Shown: positions 58,264 through 64,000 of the stretch, piece by piece
Numbering within the stretch: the first letter of the stretch is position 1
How the letters are laid out: each line of letters opens with the position of its first letter
Assembly (NCBI GenBank): GCA_035461305.1
Contig: DATHVN010000157.1
Location: 2,271-66,270 of the forward strand
Origin: Euzebyales bacterium
Lineage (GTDB): Bacteria; Actinomycetota; Nitriliruptoria; Euzebyales; JAHELV01
Reading direction: 5' to 3'
DNA length: 64,000 nt
Translations under genes and position numbers: made by a program
The notes under the pieces: model-generated
Database searches by the model: none
Seen by the model: the letters and a program-made list of their open reading frames with translations, nothing else
What the model was told of the DNA's origin: nothing

Positions 58264-58845
58264 CAGCCCGGCCTCGCAGCGGGCCCGGTAATGCTGGTGG
58301 GTGGTCCGCCAGTCGTCCTGCAGCCACGTGAGCAGCGTGCCCTCGATGTAGGCACGCATGGCTGCGGCCGCGTCGTCGACGCCATCGACGTCGAAGGCAC
58401 CCCGCGCGACCCCCTCGGCGATGATCTCGGCATACAGGCCGTTGATGATCTCGTTGGTGACGGCCGACAGCTCGCCGAACGACGGCACCCGAGCGGCGTG
58501 CTCGACGAGGTCGAGGTACACCAGCGTGAACTCGTGGTTGCGCTCCGGGTCGACGAAGATCGCCTCGACCAGCGCTGCCACGGCCTCCGTCGGCTCGGAC
58601 GTCGCGGCCAGGCGAGCGCGAATGCGGTCGGCGGTGCGCACGAGCGCCCAGCGCATGGTCGTCAGGAACAGCCGGTCCTTCGACTTGAAGTGGTACAGCA
58701 CGAGGCCCTTGCTGACACCCGCCTCGTCGGCGATGTCCTGCAGCGACAGCCGGTGGCCACCCTGGCGGGACATCACCTTGTAGGCGCTGCGCACCAGCGC
58801 CTCCTCGCGCGGCGACAGCTCCGGGACGACCTCCGCTGCACTCAT
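58240..58845 (-). CDS. paaR: TetR-family regulator, probable PaaR
   Basis: ATG 58845. HTH LSLQDIADEAGVSKGLVLYHFKSKDRLF. It sits within the paa-like cluster, which carries three matching palindromic operators. Confidence 0.8.
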   Translation of the reverse strand: MSAAEVVPELSPREEALVRSAYKVMSRQGGHRLSLQDIADEAGVSKGLVLYHFKSKDRLFLTTMRWALVRTADRIRARLAATSEPTEAVAALVEAIFVDPERNHEFTLVYLDLVEHAARVPSFGELSAVTNEIINGLYAEIIAEGVARGAFDVDGVDDAAAAMRAYIEGTLLTWLQDDWRTTHQHYRARCEAGLLRLLGAA

Positions 58846-58975
58846 GACGTGCGCCTTCCTGTGGCACGCGCAGCGTGCCTGGTCGCGTTGGTTCGCGAGG
58901 CGAGATGGCCCCATCCGCGGTGGGTCGGTCGAGGATCCGGGCACACGCCGTAGAGGGGACCGCCGCTGCCAGCAC

Positions 58976-59746
58976 TCATGCGCCCTCGTAGGCCGGGCGG
59001 CGCTTCTCGGTGAACGCCGTCATGCCCTCGTGCGCGTCGGCGGTCCCGAACAGCGGCGCCAGTTGCTGGAGCTCGCGCTGCAGTCCCTCGGCGAGCGGTA
59101 GGTCGACACCGTCGTGCACGGCCCGCTTGACGGCCGCCATCGCGAGGGGGGCGCCGGCCGCCAGCGTGCCGGCCAACTCGCCGACGACGTCGTCGATGTC
59201 GTGGGCCCGCACCAGGCGGTCGACCATGCCGAGCGCGTGCGCCTCGGCCGGGTCGACCGCGCGGCCGGTCAGCATGACGTCAAGCGCACGCCCCCGACCG
59301 ATCAGGCGTGGCAGCCGCTGGGTGCCCCCGGTCCCCGGCAGCAGCCCCAGGGTGACCTCGGGGAGGCCGATGCGGTAGCCGCCCTCTGCGGCGACGCGGA
59401 TGTCACACGCGAGCGCGATCTCGTAGCCGCCGCCGAGCGCGTGGCCCGCGATCTGGGCGATGAAGACGGGCGCCTCCGCGGCGAAGCGGTCGAAGACCTC
59501 ATGGGCGCGACGGACCATCGCGTTGTTCGCGTCCGCGTCGCGATCCAGGAAGCCCTTGACGTCGGCCCCTGCGGAGAAGAAGCGCTCGTTGGCCGAGGCG
59601 ACGACCGCGACGGGGGCGTGCTCGGCGACGACGACCCCGATGGCGTCGTCGAGCTCGTCGAGGAACGCGGGGTCGTAGCTGTTCGCCGGCGGCCGGTCCA
59701 GCGTGATTCGGCCGATGCCGTCCTCGACCGCTGCGGTCACTGCCAT
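58976..59746 (-). CDS. Enoyl-CoA hydratase/isomerase family protein
   Basis: ATG 59746 (GGAGG RBS). ITLDRPPANS...FFSAGADVKGF...AQIAGHALGGGYEIALACDIRVA. Confidence 0.85.
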   Translation of the reverse strand: MAVTAAVEDGIGRITLDRPPANSYDPAFLDELDDAIGVVVAEHAPVAVVASANERFFSAGADVKGFLDRDADANNAMVRRAHEVFDRFAAEAPVFIAQIAGHALGGGYEIALACDIRVAAEGGYRIGLPEVTLGLLPGTGGTQRLPRLIGRGRALDVMLTGRAVDPAEAHALGMVDRLVRAHDIDDVVGELAGTLAAGAPLAMAAVKRAVHDGVDLPLAEGLQRELQQLAPLFGTADAHEGMTAFTEKRRPAYEGA

Positions 59747-59760
59747 GCGCGCCTCCTCGC

Positions 59761-61200
59761 CTACGTCAGACCGCCGACGACGACGGACTTGGTCTCGACG
59801 TACTCCTCGAGCGCCTCGAGTCCGTGCTCCTTGCCGAGCCCGCTCATCTTGGTGCCGCCGAACGGCAACTCGTCGTAGCCGTAGTGCAGCTGGTTGACCC
59901 AGGTCACGCCAGCCTCCAGGTCGCGCATCGCGCGGTCGATCGCCGCCGCGTCGGTCGTCCAGATCGACGACCCCAGGCCGTAGGTGGTGTCGTTGGCGCG
60001 CGTGATCGCCTGGTCGAGGTCGTCGACGCGCCACACCGGCAGGACCGGTCCGAACACCTCCTCGGTCGCCAGCCGCGAGTCCGTGGGCGCGTCGACGACG
60101 ACGGCGGGCTGGAAGAAGCTGCCCGGCCCGTCGATGGCCTCGCCGCCCACCAGGACCTTCGCACCCCGGTCGACCGCGTCGGCGAGCTGCGCGACGAGCA
60201 CGTCGCGCTGCGCCGCCGTGTGCAGCGGCCCGATCGGCAGCTTGGGCTTCTCGGGCTTGGCGGTGCCGGGACCCGGCTCGTACCGGCCGACGCGCGCGAC
60301 GAACTGGTCGAGGAAGTCGTCGTAGACATCGGTGTGGATGAACGCCCGCTTCGGCGCCAGGCACGCCTGCCCACAGTTCCAGTAGCGGCCGATCTGGATC
60401 ATCTTGATCGCGCTGTCCAGGTCGGCATCGGGCAGGACGATCGTGGGATCCGAGCCACCCAGCTCGAGGCTGACGTGCTTGAGCGCAGGCCCGGCGGTCT
60501 CCATGATCCGCTGCCCGGTCGCGGTCTGGCCGGTGAAGGCGATGCGCCTCACGTCGGGGTGGGCCACGAGCGCGGACCCCGTGTCCGGGCCACCGGTCAC
60601 CACGTTGAACACCCCCGCCGGCAGACCGGCGTCGGCGCTGAGCTCGGCGACCTGCAGCGTGGTGAGCGGCGTCGTCTGCGCGGGCTTGGCCACAACCGTG
60701 TTGCCGGCGGCCAGTGCGGGGCCCAGCTTGTTGGCCAGCAGGGTCAGCGGGAAGTTCCACGGGATGATCGCGCCGACGACGCCCAACGGCCGGCGGACGA
60801 TCAGACCGTAGGCACGGCCGAACTGGCTGGGCAGGTCCTGGTAGCTGCCGCGGACCTTGGTCGCAGCCTCGGCGTAGTAGCGGAGGCCGGCGATGAAGTG
60901 GGCGAACTCGCCGTTGGCCTCGAGGATCGGCTTGCCCTGCTCCGCGACGAGGCTGGACACCAGCTCGGAGCGATGCTCCTGGAGTCGGTCGGCGAACGAC
61001 CGGAGGAGGCCGGCGCGTTCGGTGGCGTCCGTCGCGCGCCAGGTCGCCGAGGCCTCCCGCGCCGCGCGCACGGCGCGATCCACGCCGTCGGCACCGGCTT
61101 CGGGCACCTCGTCGATCGGCTCATCGGTCGCGGGATCGGCAACGGTCAGACGACCGCCGTCACCCTCGGCGTGCTCGCCTGCGATCCACATGTCAGCCAC
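59761..61200 (-). CDS. NAD(P)-dependent aldehyde dehydrogenase
   Basis: GTG 61200 (AAGGAG 6 nt upstream). FPLTLLANKLGPALAAGNTVV, catalytic LELGGSDP and NCGQAC, and EEVFGPV. Confidence 0.9.
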   Translation of the reverse strand: MADMWIAGEHAEGDGGRLTVADPATDEPIDEVPEAGADGVDRAVRAAREASATWRATDATERAGLLRSFADRLQEHRSELVSSLVAEQGKPILEANGEFAHFIAGLRYYAEAATKVRGSYQDLPSQFGRAYGLIVRRPLGVVGAIIPWNFPLTLLANKLGPALAAGNTVVAKPAQTTPLTTLQVAELSADAGLPAGVFNVVTGGPDTGSALVAHPDVRRIAFTGQTATGQRIMETAGPALKHVSLELGGSDPTIVLPDADLDSAIKMIQIGRYWNCGQACLAPKRAFIHTDVYDDFLDQFVARVGRYEPGPGTAKPEKPKLPIGPLHTAAQRDVLVAQLADAVDRGAKVLVGGEAIDGPGSFFQPAVVVDAPTDSRLATEEVFGPVLPVWRVDDLDQAITRANDTTYGLGSSIWTTDAAAIDRAMRDLEAGVTWVNQLHYGYDELPFGGTKMSGLGKEHGLEALEEYVETKSVVVGGLT

Positions 61201-61374
61201 GTCGAACTCCTTCGTCAGATGCCGGACGGCGGGCGTCGCGGAGGCCGGTCGCGCTCGCCCCCGACACCTGCGCCCGGTCCGGTCGTCGACCCGGACACCT
61301 GTATCGATCTCCCCGGGCCCTCGGACATCGATCGCCTGCAGGACGGGAGTTCCGTGGGACCAGGCCCCACGAAG

Positions 61375-61403
61375 CATAACTGACTGACCGGTCGGTCTGT
61401 CAA
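61375..61403 (-). promoter_or_regulatory. Second PaaR-type operator with a -35 box, upstream of the aldehyde dehydrogenase gene
   Basis: Plus strand ACTGACCGGTCGGTCTGT at 61383-61400. Minus strand TTGACA at 61403-61398. It overlaps the thioesterase stop codon. Confidence 0.55.
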
Positions 61404-61804
61404 GGCACGTCCACCGCCACGCCGTCGGCCAGCGCCCGTGCGACCGGCGGGGGCCAGGGGCAGGCGCGGCCGTCACCGTCGATGAAGACCACCACGACGC
61501 GGGCAGTCGCGATCAGCGTGTCGCTCGACGCCAGGCGCGCCTCGTAGGTCGCCGACGTCCGCCCGACGCGGGCGACCTCCAGCGTGATCGCGGCCGGCCG
61601 GTCGAAGTGCAGCGGCGCGAAGAACTCCGCTTCGAGGCGACGGCGCGGCGTGTAGCCGAACGTGACGTCGACGATGCCGAGATCGCGGTGCAGCTGCGCC
61701 TCCGCCGCCTCGACGAAGCGCCACAGCGTGCTGTGGTGCCAGTAGCCGGCGGCATCCGTGTCGATCCACTCCAGCTGACGTTCGAGCGTGACCGTCGCAC
61801 CCAC
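61400..61804 (-). CDS. Acyl-CoA thioesterase (4HBT/YbgC-type hotdog fold)
   Basis: 134 aa. VTLERQLEWIDTDAAGYWHHSTLWRFVEAAE has the catalytic Asp-type N-terminal motif. Confidence 0.75.
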   Translation of the reverse strand: MGATVTLERQLEWIDTDAAGYWHHSTLWRFVEAAEAQLHRDLGIVDVTFGYTPRRRLEAEFFAPLHFDRPAAITLEVARVGRTSATYEARLASSDTLIATARVVVVFIDGDGRACPWPPPVARALADGVAVDVP

Positions 61805-61820
61805 GTCGCTCCCCGATGTC

Positions 61821-61848
61821 TTGACACCCCTGACTGACCGGTTAGTCT
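61821..61848 (+). promoter_or_regulatory. Third PaaR-type operator and promoter, upstream of the CoA ligase gene
   Basis: TTGACA (61821-61826), 16 nt, TAGTCT (61843-61848). Shortened palindrome ACTGACCGGTTAGT at 61833-61846. Confidence 0.55.
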
Positions 61849-61905
61849 ACGCGACACCCGCCACCGGGACGCATCCCGGTGCCCGGCGGCGGCTGGAGGG
61901 CCGTC

Positions 61906-63441
61906 ATGGATCCGCACCGCAACATCAGCCTGCTCACCGACCGCAACCTCGACGCCGGCCGTGCCGACAAGACCGCCCTCATCACGGGCGACGGTGGCCA
62001 TGTCACCTTCGCCGAGGTGCACGCACTGGCCTCGAGGTTCGCCGCCCGCCTGCGTGACCGCGGCGTCCAGCGCGAGCAGCGCATCGTGCTCGTCATGGAC
62101 GACACCCCCCGCTTCCACGCGGCGTTCCTGGGCAGCATCCGCGCCGGCGTGATCCCGGTGCCGCTCAACTTCCTCGCCCGAGCGTCGGATTTCGCCTACG
62201 CCATGTCCGACGCGTACGCGGCGCTCGCGGTCTCCGACGCCGCGTTCCTGGACAAGGTCGGACCGGAGGCCGAGCGCCTGGGCGTGCCCGTGCTGATCGG
62301 CGGCAGCCACGACGCCGACCCCGAGGACTCGGTCGACGCGTGGATCGCCGACGGTACGGACCACGTGGACCCGCTCACCAGCCACCCCGACGACCCGGCG
62401 TTCTGGCTGTACTCGTCGGGCTCGACGGGGCGGCCCAAGGGCGTCGTGCACCTCCAGCACGACCTCGCGGTCACCTGCGAGCGGTACGCGGTGGGCGTCC
62501 TCCACCTGTCGTCGAAGGACCGCGTGTTCTCGACCACGAAGCTGTTCCACGCCTACGGGCTGGGCAACGGGCTGTCGTTCCCGCTGTACGTCGGTGCAAC
62601 GGCCGTGCAGATGACCGGACGCCCGACGCCCGACAAGGCGCTGGCCACGATCGAGGCGCACCGGCCGACCGTGCTGTTCTCCGTCCCCGCGCTGTACAAC
62701 GCGATGCTCGCCCACCCCGACGTCGACACACGCGACCTGTCGAGCGTGCGGCTTGGCGCGTCGGCCGCCGAGGCACTACCGGCCGACGTGTGGCGTCGTT
62801 GGCACGACCGCACCGGCACGGAGATCCTCGACGGCATCGGCTCGACCGAGATGCTCCACATCTACTGCTCGAACCGGCCAGGACAGGTGCGACCAGGCTC
62901 GTCGGGCACACCGGTGCCCGGCTACGAACTGCAGCTGCGCGACCCGGACGTCGTCGGTGGGGTCCTGGAGGGCGAGGCGGAGGGCGAGCTGTGGGTCAGC
63001 GGCGCGAGCGCGCTGGCGTACTACTGGCACAACGACGCCAAGACCCGCCGCGCGCTGCAGGGCCGGTGGTTCTTCTCGGGCGACCGCTACCGGCGGGATG
63101 CCGACGGGTGCTACTGGTACGAGGGCCGGGCCGATGACATGATCAAGGTCAAGGGTCTGTGGGTCAGCCCCATCGAGATCGAGAACCGCCTGATCGAGCA
63201 CGAGGCGGTGCGTGAGGCGGCGGTCGTCGGCGTCCCCCACGACGGGCTCACGACCATCGTGGCTCACGTGATCCTGGCCGAGGGCCACGAAGGTGACGAC
63301 GAGCTGAGCACCCAGCTGCAGGACTGGTGCAAGGCGGAGCTGCTGCGCTACCAGTACCCGCACCGGATCCACTACGTCGACGACCTGCCACGGACCGCCA
63401 CCGGCAAGGTGCAGCGCTTCAAGCTGCGCGCGGACGCCTGA
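61906..63441 (+). CDS. Benzoate-CoA ligase-family aromatic acid CoA ligase
   Basis: ATG 61906 (GGAGGG RBS). AMP-binding motifs WLYSSGSTGRPKGV, YGLGN, SGDRY and PRTATGKVQRFKLR. Confidence 0.85.
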   Translation: MDPHRNISLLTDRNLDAGRADKTALITGDGGHVTFAEVHALASRFAARLRDRGVQREQRIVLVMDDTPRFHAAFLGSIRAGVIPVPLNFLARASDFAYAMSDAYAALAVSDAAFLDKVGPEAERLGVPVLIGGSHDADPEDSVDAWIADGTDHVDPLTSHPDDPAFWLYSSGSTGRPKGVVHLQHDLAVTCERYAVGVLHLSSKDRVFSTTKLFHAYGLGNGLSFPLYVGATAVQMTGRPTPDKALATIEAHRPTVLFSVPALYNAMLAHPDVDTRDLSSVRLGASAAEALPADVWRRWHDRTGTEILDGIGSTEMLHIYCSNRPGQVRPGSSGTPVPGYELQLRDPDVVGGVLEGEAEGELWVSGASALAYYWHNDAKTRRALQGRWFFSGDRYRRDADGCYWYEGRADDMIKVKGLWVSPIEIENRLIEHEAVREAAVVGVPHDGLTTIVAHVILAEGHEGDDELSTQLQDWCKAELLRYQYPHRIHYVDDLPRTATGKVQRFKLRADA

Positions 63442-63451
63442 CGGCCGCCGC

Positions 63452-64000
63452 ATGCTCGACGGGATCACGGTCGTCGACGTCCACCAGCACATCGTGTCCG
63501 TCGGCTCGTTGAAGATGCCGTGGGACGAGTGGGCGCCGCCGCACCTCACCGGCCTGCGTCGCGACGAGATCTACCGCCCCGACGGCACCGTCGACCCTCA
63601 GCGCTACGTCGCGCACCTCGACGACCAGGGCATCGACGTCGCGCTGCTGATGGCCGAGTACAGCCCGCGGGTCACCGGGCTGCAGACCATCGAGGACATG
63701 GTGCCGCTCCGCGACGCCGCACCCGACCGCGTGGTTCTGATCGCCGCCCTCAACCCGCACCTGCACTTTCCTGCGCAGGCCGAGCTGGACCGCCAGCTCG
63801 GCCTCGGCGCAGTCGCGCTGAAGCTCCATCCCGTACACGGCGACTACGCGGTCGACCGCCGTGACCTGTACCCGGTGTACGCGCGATGCCGTGATGCCGG
63901 CGTGCCCGTCGTCGTCCACTGCGGCACCAGCAACTTCGCTGGCGCCACGAACATCCGCGCGGATCCGGCCCCGCTGCTCAACGTGGTGCGCGACTTCCCG
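63452..64000 (+). CDS. Amidohydrolase-2 (ACMSD-like) family protein, 3' end outside the window
   Basis: Not in the ORF track because it has no stop in the window. My translation from ATG 63452 is MLDGITVVDVHQHIVS...ALKLHPVHGDY...VVVHCGTS, open to base 64000. Confidence 0.7.
   Translation, partial: MLDGITVVDVHQHIVSVGSLKMPWDEWAPPHLTGLRRDEIYRPDGTVDPQRYVAHLDDQGIDVALLMAEYSPRVTGLQTIEDMVPLRDAAPDRVVLIAALNPHLHFPAQAELDRQLGLGAVALKLHPVHGDYAVDRRDLYPVYARCRDAGVPVVVHCGTSNFAGATNIRADPAPLLNVVRDFP

Overview
High-GC (about 70%+) chromosomal segment with clear Actinomycetota hallmarks: Kgd, the Bpa proteasome activator ending in GQYL, a PAC2 protein, and the conserved 'helicase/secretion neighbourhood' Tad pilus locus. 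I support about 60 coding features. They include hppA, an RsbW/RsbV-like pair, a DEAD-box/DUF1998 helicase next to a 6-gene tad operon, a galK-galT-alpha-galactosidase operon, kgd, pfkA, bioY with a biotin carrier, prmA, and a non-canonical paa-like aromatic-CoA cluster with its TetR regulator.

The strongest signals are:
1. A tRNA-Sec gene (anticodon UCA, long variable arm) at 27245..27337.
2. A TlpA/ResA-type redoxin lipoprotein gene (54028..54597, minus) that the ORF track splits at an in-frame TGA. The TGA sits exactly at the first Cys of the WCxxC motif (WAPW-U-TTC) and is followed by a SECIS-like hairpin, so this is a candidate selenoprotein.
3. Three copies of a PaaR-type palindromic operator, each next to a TTGACA -35 box, in the paa cluster.
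4. At least seven genes with broken frames (PaaI thioesterase, P450, DeoR, GGT, FAD monooxygenase, RDD, DacB), while long housekeeping genes are intact.
5. A regulator carrying the CarH-type Wx9EH B12 motif.
6. A TadE-like::M23 peptidase fusion.
7. Several young tandem repeats (54, 42, 39, 30 and 20 bp).

No CRISPR array, rRNA, transposase or integrase was seen. All functional calls come from motifs read in the translations, with no database search. Coordinates of non-ORF features may be off by 1-2 nt.
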